A stretch of 64,000 bases of DNA, from the NCBI GenBank assembly GCA_044892525.1, contig CM097885.1:744001-808000 (forward strand), read 5' to 3'. Of the stretch, positions 1 to 10,623 are shown piece after piece (positions within the stretch are counted from its first letter, which is position 1; each line of letters begins with the position of its first letter). Under the pieces are notes generated by a model. It did no database searches and was not told the origin of the DNA. It saw only the letters and a list, made by a program, of their open reading frames with translations. The translations under genes and the position numbers were made by a program. The DNA comes from Schmidtea polychroa. Taxonomy: Eukaryota.

Positions 1-1391
1 CGCTTAAATCGAGTTATATAACAAAGACATAATAAAATTATTATTTACTACAAATATTTCACCTATCAAATACTTAACTAGAGATGATATATATTGATTG
101 TTCATAAAAGCAAACTTAATCATAAATTTCTGTATATTATTTTGTAAATTATTTCTGTAAATTAAATTTTGTATATTATTTCTGTAAATTATCAAGTAAA
201 TTTAAAGTTCTTGATAAGGTTAACTGGTTTCTTAGCTTATGTTTTTTTAAAAAAGTTCATCAATGTGTAAATATTCTTAGAAATATATTGAAAAAAATTA
301 TTTAGTCAAATGCATTACAAAGTCATCTAAAATTAAACCAATTACTTAATTATTAACCTAGCAGTCATTAAAAAATTAATTTTTATTTAAAATTTAACAA
401 ATTATCAAGAAATTCAATTAAAATCGTCATTAAAACTTTAAATTTTTAAATAAATCTACATGAAATTCTTAGAAAATATATGAAAAAAAATATTATTACA
501 AAGTCATATCCAATCACGTGATTATTAACCTAACTGTCATTAAAAATAATTTTTATTTAAAATTAAAAAACCAATCAGTGGCGTATCTAGGGTTCACGGC
601 GCCCGGGGCAAAACTTAAAATTGCGCCCCTCTCCACGTGAATTTTTTCTTTTCCTTATTATTGGTATATTATTTTTGCACTAAAGTGATATTTCTTTTTT
701 AAGAAAAAAAAATTATTATTTAAAAAAATCAAAAATTTTCACTCTTTAAAATTGATTTGCAGCAGTTTTAAAAAAAAATTAATTTAATTTTGCAACAAGT
801 TAGTTTTAAACTTTATTTATTGTAATAATTTACAAACAAATTTTTCGTGCTTTAACACTTGCGAACTTGTCAATGACATCATCAAAGTTAATTTTGTTCA
901 CAGTGTTTTTCTCAATACTTAATAATGCCAAATTATTTAAACGTTCTTCACTCATTGTTGTTTGAAGATATGACAAAATTAATTTTAATTTGCTAAAGGA
1001 ACGCTCGCATGTTGAAACAGAAATACCAATTGTCAAAAGAATTTGCAATGAAATTCTTAAATTTTGGAAAACATCTTCACCATAAGATATTAAAAATTTT
1101 AAAAGATCTATAGGTGATTTTGGAATTTCATCTTTTCGAGCATTAAGAAGCATTTTACAGTCAGTAACTTCATTGCATAGTTCGTTTTCATCAATATCTG
1201 AATTGTAAAATTTTCCCAAATTTGAACATTTTTCTTTTAATTTAGCAGGATCATGGCAATTTAGAAAATTTTCAGTGTCAATGAAATATCCAAAATTTTC
1301 GCTCAATGAATTAAGGCGAGTAAATCGAGTTTTTAATTCTTGAATTAATCTATCAACTGAGCATTTCAACACACGATCTAACTCTTGTTCA
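1..1391. repeat. Segmental duplicate of 22008-23397 (flank plus hAT 3' part)
   Basis: Near-identical sequence to 22008-23397 along its whole length; ORFs 4..195/21915..22202 and 830..1372/22836..23420 match. Confidence 0.95.
576..1391 (-). mobile_element. Truncated hAT transposon copy (one TIR plus transposase C-terminal dimerisation domain)
   Basis: CAGTGGCGTATCT terminus at 576; ORF 830..1372 with hATC motif SVSTCERSFSKLKLILSYLQTTMSEERLNNLALLSIE. Confidence 0.9.
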
Positions 1392-1403
1392 ACTCTTGTT
1401 CTT

Positions 1404-3240
1404 GTTTTGGGATTTCGTTTGTGTCCATGGATATTTTTATTCCAACAAGGGATTTAGGTTTATTACAACTACAACATTTAGAGTTGGTAGCATTATTTTT
1501 ATTTTTAGCGTTATCTGCTCCATTATCAGTTGCATTAATTATGGGTAAGTTGTCTATCAGAGCGATGGCGTTTTTGGGATCATTAGAGAATAAGGATGAG
1601 TTGGATGAAGGTTTTCGTTAAGGATAGATTTTTCGTTTAAAGGGGAGAGTTTATAAGAAATAGGGTTTTATGAAAGAATACTCAACGTCATCGGTTACAG
1701 AGTTTCTTTGTATAGAAGCCTCTATGATATCATGAGAGTCGTTATGGTTTACTGAGTCTATGGAGATGTGAGAGTTAGTTGTTTCGACGATACAAGTATC
1801 GTTTAATGGAGAAGGTTTGAAGGATATGGGATTTTTTTCCATTCATTCTGTTAATCTGGTCGTATAGATGCATCTGGCATTCATTCATTCAGGTTAGTTT
1901 ATTAGGAGAGGTAGAGCAAGTCCAACCTCTGTCTGGTGAGTATATGTTTCTGCCGGATCTCATTGAATTCTGAGGAGCCATTCCAAACAGATCGGGACAG
2001 ATTTCGCAGTTATAGTAATTGTTAGGAGAGGCAGTTAAGGCTTCTGTCTGATTAGTTTATATGCAATTATGAGCACTAACATTTTTCGTTTAAATCTATC
2101 TTAATTGGATAGAGTTTATAATAAATAGGGTTTATGAAAGAATCCTCAACGTCATCGGTTACTGAGTTTTTTTTTATAGAAGCCTCTATGATATCATGAG
2201 AGTCGTTATGGCTTACTGAGTCTATGGAGATGTGAGAGTTAGTTGTTTCGACGATAGAAGTATCGTTTAATGGAGAAGGTTTGAAGGATATGGGATTTTT
2301 CATAGAGTCATTATCCATATTAGAGTGTGAAAGGTGGTTAGAGTATTTCTTTGAGATGTTGGACTCATCTTTAATGGGAGTTGAAGTAATATTTGGGAGA
2401 TAGAGATTATCAAGATTAGTATTTGATGAGGCACTGCTCGATAGTTGGACATCATCGCAGTCTTCATCATCAAGATCACAGGTATTAGTTTTATTGGTAT
2501 GAGGGTTTAAGTAAAAAGGAGTATGATTATCCGACGAAGATTTAAGGACTGGAGTGATAGGAGTTGTAACTGAGATTGAGAGTATTGGCCTTGACAAGGT
2601 GTTTGTTGTCAAAAAGTCTCTTGATAATCGAGCAGATGAGATAACAGGTGTTTTTTTATGAATATTTCTATTATAATTAGATTTTGATAATTTAATATTA
2701 GAATTAGTGAATTTAAAAGATTTTAATATTTTATTTAGGCTTGAAGGTTTAATGGTATTCATCTTTTTAGGTGAATTGGGGATATCGCGGTTATGGTCTA
2801 TAAAGGTGGTGATTGGTTTTGAGAAGTGGGATAAAAGATTAAAGGCTTTTTAACAGTATTAACGTTGACGAAATTGTCAATATTTAGAGGAATGATAGGT
2901 TTAGAAGAGTGAGATCTTAAAGGATGGAGAACTAACGGTTTTTTGATAACGGGTTTATTTGAAGCAGTGGTGTTATAGGGCTTAATAAGGATAGAGTAAA
3001 GGCTAACTCGTAGGGTATTTTTAGTATAGTCGATAGTTGAGGTAAGGATGATATTGGATAAAGGGTCAGATTTTTCATTGTAAGAGAAAAGCGTATTAGT
3101 GTCGTTGGTTAAAGAATTATCGTAGTTGGTTTTAGGAGTGGTGAGGGCAGAGTTAGATGATACCGGGAAAGAGCTAACAGTTAAGTCTTTAAATGTAACT
3201 GTCTTAGATGATGCGAATCGGCCGCAGGTAAAAATGGGTA
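1404..3240 (-). pseudogene. Rearranged fragments of the S/N/T-rich N-terminal ORF of a NeSL/R5-like non-LTR retrotransposon
   Basis: CGRFASSKTVTF and CDLDD..DDVQLSSS match CGRLASSKTVTF and CDLDD..DDVNLSSS in the 47191-49907 ORFs, which lead into a Ulp1-like/RT region; internal duplication present; second copy at 57980-60047. Confidence 0.6.
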
Positions 3241-3431
3241 TTATATCGAGAATATTTAAACAAAGTAAAAGACTTTGAATAAATAGCCTCAATATTTGGA
3301 TTTATTAAATTAAAGATTTCATTTTTAAATTTTTTCAAATTAATTTTTGAAATATTAGGAATTAAAGATTTCCCAACTTCACCAATTCTGTTTTTGAGGA
3401 AATTGTGAAACTTTTTACTATGCTTTTTATC

Positions 3432-4730
3432 AGATCATGCTTTTTATCCAATTTTTAAATTTGTTTAAACCATATTTAAGAATATGGTGCATATCGTATC
3501 CTTTCAAGTTGTGAAATACGATAGGCAAAATTTTATTTATTTTCCTATTTATGTTACATGTGCTACAAGCTGCACCCAAGTATTTCCCCGTAAAATGATC
3601 GTGATCTCTAACAGGATCAACGATAGATTTCATACAAAGATAACAAACAGATGCACTAACAAATTGACGTTGTTCAATTTTCGTTAATTTCATCTTAGGT
3701 TTCCTACCCATTTTATAATAAAAAGGAAGAACCTTATTTAATGCTATATCCTCTATAGCACTTAAAAAACTCTCGACGCAATCTAAACCTATGAACTGTT
3801 GATAAGATTAAGATCCGTCAAAGTTATTTACAAGAAAAAGACCAGCAGATAGTGGCATGTGTCGTTTGAAATGAACATTATTGGAAGGTAAAATAGCCTC
3901 AAAATCGGCATAAACTACAAAGGGAGGAGTTACCAGTCAGTAAACTGCAATAATTTATTTTGAGGGAAAGTGTAAAGAGTTGTTCCTAATTGATTACGTT
4001 TACATAATATTTCATGTTTTTCCAGTGCGTGTTTATACCTAAACCCATTCAAACACCGATGGCACCATAATGATTGTATGCGTGTAGGACAACTAGTGGT
4101 GATACCACAATTCAGTAACCTATTTAAATTACTTATAGCAACGTAATGGAAATTGTTTCCTTTATTTAATAGTAGTAAATTAATTACAGTTCCATTTAAA
4201 ACTTTGGAACGATGTATAATATCTAAATGTGGATGTTTTAATACATAATTATCAGTTAATTGTTTGCTATTATCATATGAAAAAACATTAATTATTAAAC
4301 CCGAATTTTTAGATTCAAATTTCCTAATGTCTTTTAATTTCATAGGTAATTCTATCGGGTCGTATACTAAGTCAGATAAATTATAACTCGATGTCCTATT
4401 TCTAGCATAACTACTAACTTCATCATATTTTAAAATAGCTAAAATGCTATATAAAAAACATGAATCATCAGTGTTTTTTATATTAATTAAACGATATTTA
4501 TTTTGTAGATAAGTAGGTGTTTCAATGAAACTCCTACCACTTAATCTACTTAACATACTTATTTTTGTTATGGTGAAATGTATTTCAGTAATATTTTTTA
4601 TATTCCAACTGCTTCCTAACTCAGTAATATTAGTAATTTTCTCATTTAATTCTTTAATGCCTTCATCAAAAATTGATGCAGTTAAAGGCTTTGCATAATT
4701 TGAGATATTTCTAACCTTTATTTACCCGTC
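3432..4730 (-). pseudogene. Older Polinton pPolB gene, part downstream of the nested insertion (N-terminal/endonuclease VII-like region)
   Basis: LINIKNTDDSCFLYSILA, HYVAISNLNRLL, CHRC, PPFVVYADFE, RDHDHFTGKYLGAACSTCN and FHNLKGYDMH are homologous to the young pPolB; stops and deletions present. Confidence 0.85.
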
Positions 4731-4976
4731 AGTAGTGAGGAATCTATGCACCCCAGCACCCCCACCCTCAAAAAAAACAGCGCTATTGACCCATATTTTC
4801 CACATTTATATGCTTTTTTACCCCATATTCTTCACTTTTTTTAACTTTTAAACTTTGTCCCCTATTGCCATTAACCCTTAATTTCTTCCCTTAATAGTAA
4901 AAAAGTTCGGAATAGATGTATTTATAGATTAGTAATTCCGAGAAAAGGTAACGGGGTGCATAGATTCCTCACTACT
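4731..4976. repeat. Terminal 246-bp unit bounded by a perfect 24-bp inverted repeat of the element terminus
   Basis: AGTAGTGAGGAATCTATGCACCCC at 4731-4754 and its exact reverse complement at 4953-4976. Confidence 0.95.
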
Positions 4977-5109
4977 TGGTCTTAAGGATTTAATGTTATA
5001 AGGATTTAATGTTATAAGAATATCAGATTACCTAATTCATAATGATCTAGGTCGCCTGATCACCTTAAGGTTTTGAAAGTTTTAAAAATAAAAAATTTTA
5101 TGAAATAGT

Positions 5110-5476
5110 AAAACTGCTCTGAGAGGACAGTGGTTTTTTTTTTTTTTTTTCACTGTCCTCTCAACAGTTTTTTTTTGATCCGGATCATTTTTTTTTATTC
5201 AACCTCTTTCGTTTATCAAATCTCTTCCAATATACAAGCTGGCCAGACTCATACATCAGAATCAATTCGATAATAGCAGCACACCTTATTATTCGCTTCT
5301 CGCTCGAATACGATTTCATCGGCGTTTTAAGTGTGCTGCTCGAAAGTACAAATGAATTCGAAAGCGAATCCGAAAGAGGTCCGAAAACAACTGAGAAATA
5401 AATGTGCACATTACCGGAATCGATCCAGGGGTGTTCGAAAGACAGGTGGCGATAATTACCGGTTCGCCACCATCAC
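5110..5476 (-). ncRNA. Putative Pol III tRNA-Asp-headed structured RNA (left TIR copy)
   Basis: A-box TGGCGAACCGG, tRNA-Asp-like GGTAATTATCGCCACCTGTC and B-box GGATCGATTCC, then nested stems and a 13-bp hairpin with an oligo-A loop; expression not shown. Confidence 0.45.
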
Positions 5477-5654
5477 CCGTTTCAATATTTTTTTTTTCAT
5501 ATTTATGTTTAAAAAATAATTAATTAATAAAAAAATAAAATAAAATAAAATAAATAAAATAAAATATACAAGTACTTTATAAATATAAGATACCCACACT
5601 ATTTTCAATATTATTTTCAAATTTTTAATATTATTTTATGTTGAAAAAAAACTA

Positions 5655-5726
5655 ACCTCAGATGTGATTTGAACCACTATCCATTTGAACCACTGTGCCA
5701 GTCTATTCCCACTGCGCCATCAAGGT
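5655..5726 (-). ncRNA. tRNA-like Pol III unit (left TIR copy)
   Basis: ACCTTGA-TGGCGCAGTGG (A-box) ... GGTTCAAATC (B-box) ... GAGGT, then an oligo-T terminator; 72 nt; no proper anticodon arm. Confidence 0.6.
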
Positions 5727-5973
5727 TTGAATTTTTGTCATTTTTTAGACTATAAATAATCGATTCAAGTTCTTTAACTCTTTCCTGTAATTGTTTCATT
5801 TTCTTCAATCTTATATCAGCAACATCTACAGCCTTCATATAAAAATGTCGATACTTTTCATTATCTACCATCAACTCTTTGATGTATTCTAATGGTTCTT
5901 CTTCTCTTCTTTTCATTCTCTTATGTTTAACTTCATTCAATTCATTTCTCATTCTTTCTTTTAACTCATCCAT
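5677..5973 (-). CDS. Small coiled-coil hypothetical Polinton protein
   Basis: 98-aa E/K/R-rich helical ORF in an AAAATG context; its 3' end runs into the TIR and overlaps the tRNA-like unit. Confidence 0.55.
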   Translation of the reverse strand: MDELKERMRNELNEVKHKRMKRREEEPLEYIKELMVDNEKYRHFYMKAVDVADIRLKKMKQLQERVKELESIIYSLKNDKNSNLDGAVGIDWHSGSNG

Positions 5974-6142
5974 TTTTATAAATATTTTTTTATTGGATAT
6001 ATTAATTTTTGGTAGCTTAAGTTAAAACGTTTTTGATCTTAAATTTCCAAGAGTTGCCGTTGACCAATCTCATTAAAAATTTGTACAAGTACTAAATCGA
6101 GTATGCTGATCAATATTTCGTTAAAAAAAATTTGAAAAAAAA

Positions 6143-6215
6143 TGACCGAAATGGGATTTGAACCCATTGGTATTGGCAATGCAGTCGAGTGCTATTACCA
6201 CTAAGCTATTAGAGC
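6143..6215 (-). ncRNA. tRNA-Cys(GCA)-derived Pol III unit / pseudo-tRNA
   Basis: TAGCTTAGTGG A-box; AGCACTCGACTGCA resembles the tRNA-Cys D-arm/anticodon region; perfect T-arm ATGGG-TTCAAAT-CCCAT; T8 terminator; acceptor and anticodon stems do not pair fully. Confidence 0.65.
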
Positions 6216-6384
6216 TATACTCAATATAAAATAAGTTGTTAATGTGTGACTATTTATTGATGAAATTAATAATTAATTATTCATTTTCTCGACAACTACC
6301 AGTCAGATCCATCTGAAAATTTAAATATATACTAAAATCAGTACGCTGAATCAGACTCCGTTGAAAAAAAATATCGATAAAAAT

Positions 6385-6457
6385 TGACCAAAATCGAAAA
6401 TTGAACCCGGTACTCCCGGTGATAAAATTGAAGCCTATTCCACTCCGCTATAATGGC
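6385..6457 (-). ncRNA. Degenerate tRNA-like Pol III unit, tandem paralogue of 6143-6215
   Basis: TAGCGGAGTGG A-box, GGGTTCAA partial B-box, T-run; its downstream flank is homologous to that of the 6143-6215 unit. Confidence 0.5.
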
Positions 6458-6513
6458 TTACATAATATATTTAATTAATCCTATTTTGTGTGTGTAAATT
6501 TTAATATATAAAA

Positions 6514-7806
6514 ATGAATAACATAAATCTTAAAATTCAAGAAAAAAATAAATTAAATCTTGATTATAATAAAGAATTTACTCATGAAATTAAAAAAAAT
6601 GATATTTTAAAAATCTCTCCAACTTCAGGATCTATTGCAAACTTAAATCGTAGGGGTGATATAGTTTTTCAATCTTTTCAAACATCAAACCCAATAGATA
6701 TTTGTAATGCCAAATTATATTACAAAGTAGAATTAGAAATTGAAGCAAACAAAGATATAACCCTAGAAAATAATTTCTTTCCAAATTTATTCTCCAACAT
6801 GAGATTAAAACTAAGATCATCAGAAATTGAAACTGTTTTGCATCCGGGAGTATATTCTACAATGTTAAATTTTATTTTGACTGGTTGTGATTATAAAAAC
6901 GAATATGGTGAATTAACAGGTTGGATTCCTGATGTTAATAAAGGAGATTTAGATAAAGATGGTTTAGATGTAAACCATGGTTACCATAAAAGAGCTGAAC
7001 TTTATAAATCTAAAAAATTTGAAGGTTATTTTGAATTAAAACACTTGTTTGGATTCCTTCAAAACTATAATCGCATACTTCATAATGTTTTTATAGAATT
7101 CATCTGTAATAGAGTAGAAGGTGATAAAAGATTGTTCTATGGAGCTGTAGATACAAAAGCTAAATTAAAATTATCAACACTTGAATTACATATACCTGAA
7201 TGGACATTAAACCCACATTCTGAGATTAAACTCCTTGAAAGATTAAATTCCAACAAGTCTATAAATGTAAATTATTTAAATAGAATCTGTAGTGAATTTA
7301 GTATGACAGAGGGTTCAACATATTCTATAAAGGTAGCAAATTTAGCATACCGACCAAGATATATCTTGATTGGATTCAAGGAAGTAGATTCATCTTTCCA
7401 AAAAAATAACAACTTGTTTATTCAAAAGATTGGAGTTGATAATTTAAAAACAATACAAATTCAATTAAATAGTTCTTATTATCCAATAAATAGAATGGAA
7501 TTTAATATTGAAAATAATGAAAACATATTCCCATATCTAAATTATATTGAAACATGTTATGATTTCAAAGTTGAACCGCAATTAAGTTTAGAAGATTTCA
7601 AAAATTTATATTCTATATTTTGTATAAATGTTTCAGACCAAGATGATTGCCTAGCCATAAATAATGTTGATGTTACACTTCATGTAACAAAGGATTCTAA
7701 TTTTAAAGCTAAAGTATATACATTAATATTAGAAGAAAAGAAAATAGAAATGAAATTATATGGTGGAAAGATTTCAATAATCGAAAATGTTAGGGGAGAT
7801 TCTTGA
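6514..7806 (+). CDS. Major capsid protein (double jelly-roll, hexon-like)
   Basis: 430 aa; Polinton MCP-type motifs ITLENNFFPNLFSNMRL, EIETVLHPGVYSTM, LFGFLQNYNRIL, RPRYILIGF, YSIFCINVS; element context. Confidence 0.85.
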   Translation: MNNINLKIQEKNKLNLDYNKEFTHEIKKNDILKISPTSGSIANLNRRGDIVFQSFQTSNPIDICNAKLYYKVELEIEANKDITLENNFFPNLFSNMRLKLRSSEIETVLHPGVYSTMLNFILTGCDYKNEYGELTGWIPDVNKGDLDKDGLDVNHGYHKRAELYKSKKFEGYFELKHLFGFLQNYNRILHNVFIEFICNRVEGDKRLFYGAVDTKAKLKLSTLELHIPEWTLNPHSEIKLLERLNSNKSINVNYLNRICSEFSMTEGSTYSIKVANLAYRPRYILIGFKEVDSSFQKNNNLFIQKIGVDNLKTIQIQLNSSYYPINRMEFNIENNENIFPYLNYIETCYDFKVEPQLSLEDFKNLYSIFCINVSDQDDCLAINNVDVTLHVTKDSNFKAKVYTLILEEKKIEMKLYGGKISIIENVRGDS

Positions 7807-7835
7807 TATAATCCCTGATATTTTAACATTTTAAA

Positions 7836-9218
7836 ATGTCTCTAAATAAATATTGGAGATGTGAAAGTTGTAATTGTCAAGTTACAAGACATCATAAAGC
7901 AAGTCATTTAAAAACTAAAAAACATACAGGAGGCGATCTACAATCTTCAAAAACAACATCTTCAATATTACAACCTTTTAGTACAGAAAAATATCCAGGT
8001 GAAAGACATTTATTTAAACACAACTACACCGGACCAGGAACAAGATTAGATATTAGATTAGATGAAAATAATAATCCCAAACAAGGAGAAGAACCAATAA
8101 ATAGAATTGATCAAGCAGCTTTAAAACATGACATTGCATACAATTCAACAAATCTTAGAGATAGACATGTTGCAGATGTGAATTTAATACATGATTTAAA
8201 TAGTATCCAAAATCCATCAACCCAAGAAAAGATTCAAAGAGCTCTAGTTAAATTAGCAATGAAAGGTAAGATTTTCATAGGCTTAGGACACAGTCCGATC
8301 ACCATGGGTGCAAGACTTCCTAGAATAGCAAAAGATGTTGCTTATAAAAAGATTATCGAACAAGCAGACATTGAAAGATCCCTTGAGAATATATCCAAGA
8401 CTAGTTTACAAACCCCAACAGAATCAGAAATAAAATATGCAAAGGAATTACACCATGAATTTAGAAAAAATAAAAAATATTTAAAAGTTCAAGTACATGA
8501 AAAAGATCAAACATGGTCTGCAGATTTAGTCTTTATGCCCAAATCATCAGACCCTGAAAAATATAAAATAATTTTAACTGTAATAGATTTATATACAAGA
8601 TTTGCTTTTGCAAGGTGTTTAGAAAATAAAACAGGATATTCTATTACAGAAGCATTTGAAAATATATTTGAAGAAAATCAAAGAATCCCAAAATATTTAT
8701 GGTGTGATAAAGGAACAGAATTTTATAACAAAGTTTTTACAAAGTTTTTAAATGAAAATGATATTAAATTATATTCAACAGAAAACGAAGGAAAAGCAGT
8801 CGTAGTTGAAAGATTAAATAGAACATTAAAAAATAAAATGTGGAAATATTTTACTGCTATTGGAAAACAAAAATGGAACAATGAATTGTTACAAAAGATT
8901 GTAAATGAATATAATAATGATGTACATAGTTCTATAAAATCAACACCTTTAAATGCTTCCTTGAATCCTTTGGAACTCATAAATCCTGTTGAAAATGATG
9001 TTATTGAAAAACCAAAGTTTAAAATTGGTGACCGAGTAAGAATATTTAAATATAAAAATAAATTTGAAAAAGGATTCACAGCAAAATGGACAAATGAAAT
9101 TTTTATTATAAATAAAATAAATTATACAACTCCAATAACATATAGCATCATTGATTTAAATAATGAAAAAATATTAGGTAGATTTTATAATAATGAGTTA
9201 CAGAAAACAGATTTCTAA
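7836..9218 (+). CDS. Zinc finger - parvovirus-type PLA2 - retroviral-like (rve) integrase fusion
   Basis: CESC...H...H zinc finger; HNYTGPGT ... PINRIDQAALKHDIAY (PLA2 Ca loop and HD dyad); integrase DDE in WSADL, CDKGTEF, VVERLNRTLK; PKFKIGDRVRI. Confidence 0.92.
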   Translation: MSLNKYWRCESCNCQVTRHHKASHLKTKKHTGGDLQSSKTTSSILQPFSTEKYPGERHLFKHNYTGPGTRLDIRLDENNNPKQGEEPINRIDQAALKHDIAYNSTNLRDRHVADVNLIHDLNSIQNPSTQEKIQRALVKLAMKGKIFIGLGHSPITMGARLPRIAKDVAYKKIIEQADIERSLENISKTSLQTPTESEIKYAKELHHEFRKNKKYLKVQVHEKDQTWSADLVFMPKSSDPEKYKIILTVIDLYTRFAFARCLENKTGYSITEAFENIFEENQRIPKYLWCDKGTEFYNKVFTKFLNENDIKLYSTENEGKAVVVERLNRTLKNKMWKYFTAIGKQKWNNELLQKIVNEYNNDVHSSIKSTPLNASLNPLELINPVENDVIEKPKFKIGDRVRIFKYKNKFEKGFTAKWTNEIFIINKINYTTPITYSIIDLNNEKILGRFYNNELQKTDF

Positions 9219-10006
9219 AACAAACTTTTCCATATTTCAGCTTCTTTTCTATCCAAATAAATATAATTATATTTTTCTTTCCAATGATTATCAACAAACA
9301 TATCAAACATATTCTTATCAGGTTCAACATTTGAAAATAAATCATTATAAATCATATTCTTATCACGGCGATCTAATTTAAAAAATATAAAACAATTGGA
9401 ATTATTTCTTATAGAGTTTTTATCTAAAGCATAATAAGTTTGAGATATATAAATAACATTACAATTATTATGTCTTCCTCTTGTAAAGTAACTCTTTTGA
9501 ATCTCTTGATTTTTCATGTTGACAACATCATCAAATATAACTAGATTCTTTTTATCTTTAGGAAGTAAATCACAATGTAAAACATCTTCAGGTTTATTAG
9601 AGAATAAAACTTGAATTGCCTCCTGCCCTTCTTCACAAATATAATCATTTTTATTACTAATATCTGATTCTAAAATCTTTTCCTTATACCAATCAACCAT
9701 ATCACAAGGTTGAAAAACTTCTTCAGGACACCTATGTTGATTTTTAAAAATATCAATTATTGCTTTTTTAGTTAATTTATTTTCAAATCCACATTTCAAA
9801 AGTTGTAATTCTGGTTGATTTATGGTTGTAGAATAAAAGATTAAATTATTATAATCTAAAAAATCATCTTCAAGTAACATTCTCAAAACAAGTACATTCT
9901 TTCCACATCCAGAAGAACCAACAATTAATAATCTAAAATTATCAGGAAATACTTTATTATTGAATTTACTCTTATGTCTATTTAAAATTGGTTTCCAAGT
10001 ATCCAT
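9215..10006 (-). CDS. A32/FtsK-like DNA packaging ATPase
   Basis: Walker A GSSGCGKN (atypical N), Walker B LVIFDD, FTRGRHNNCNVIYISQ, IRNN. Confidence 0.92.
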   Translation of the reverse strand: MDTWKPILNRHKSKFNNKVFPDNFRLLIVGSSGCGKNVLVLRMLLEDDFLDYNNLIFYSTTINQPELQLLKCGFENKLTKKAIIDIFKNQHRCPEEVFQPCDMVDWYKEKILESDISNKNDYICEEGQEAIQVLFSNKPEDVLHCDLLPKDKKNLVIFDDVVNMKNQEIQKSYFTRGRHNNCNVIYISQTYYALDKNSIRNNSNCFIFFKLDRRDKNMIYNDLFSNVEPDKNMFDMFVDNHWKEKYNYIYLDRKEAEIWKSLF

Positions 10007-10022
10007 TTTTATTTATTATAAA

Positions 10023-10601
10023 ATGACAACTGAAGAATCTTTGCAAGAATTAATATATTCAAATAAAAATAAATCAGTAGTAATTGATGGTAAAAAATAT
10101 TTTATTGGAAAACATGTAAAAGAACAAGTTAGAGCGAAGCTCCACGAAGCTAAAGAAGGTGGCATTCTTCCATTAGCTGCTTTAATACCTGCAATCATTG
10201 CTGGTTTATCAGGTGCTGCTGGAATAGCTGGAGGAATTGCAACTACAGTTCAAAAAGCTAAAGAATCTCAAAAGACAGACCTAGAAAAAGAAAAACTACA
10301 AACTGAAATCGATTCAATGAAGAAGGTAGGGCAAGCTAAAGGGGGAGTGTCCGTTGGAAAGGGTCTCTATCTTAATCCATATGAGGGGAGTCGGCAAAAG
10401 TCTCAGGGCAAAGGTCTCTATCTTGATCCTTATAAAGGTAGAGGTTTAAATGATTTTTTAAAAAATCAAATTTCTACATCTGAATCTTTATCTTCAAAAG
10501 ATAAAGAAGATTTAAAAAAAATATGTAAATCTTTAAAGAATGGATGCCTTTGTAAAACTAAAAATGGTAAAGGATTATACTTGAAGCCCTTCGAACTATG
10601 A
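10023..10601 (+). CDS. pX/cupiennin-like virion core or membrane-active protein
   Basis: GGILPLAALIPAIIAGLSGAAGIAGGIA amphipathic segment and three GKGLYL repeats; likely start is the AAAATG at 10023. Confidence 0.7.
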   Translation: MTTEESLQELIYSNKNKSVVIDGKKYFIGKHVKEQVRAKLHEAKEGGILPLAALIPAIIAGLSGAAGIAGGIATTVQKAKESQKTDLEKEKLQTEIDSMKKVGQAKGGVSVGKGLYLNPYEGSRQKSQGKGLYLDPYKGRGLNDFLKNQISTSESLSSKDKEDLKKICKSLKNGCLCKTKNGKGLYLKPFEL

Positions 10602-10623
10602 TACCATTTTTGATACCATTAAA

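Larger units (their letters stand above)
4731..5746 (+). repeat. Left terminal inverted repeat of the Polinton
   Basis: Reverse complement of 19607-20625 with only a handful of substitutions and homopolymer length differences. Confidence 0.95.

Noticed and set aside
5185..5519. Small ORFs in the TIRs (also 19810-20204)
   Set aside because: No motifs, non-ATG starts, and ends differ between the two TIRs through homopolymer and point changes; better explained as a GC-rich structured region.
6143..6215. Functional tRNA-Cys gene
   Set aside because: Anticodon and acceptor stems do not pair; reported as tRNA-derived instead.
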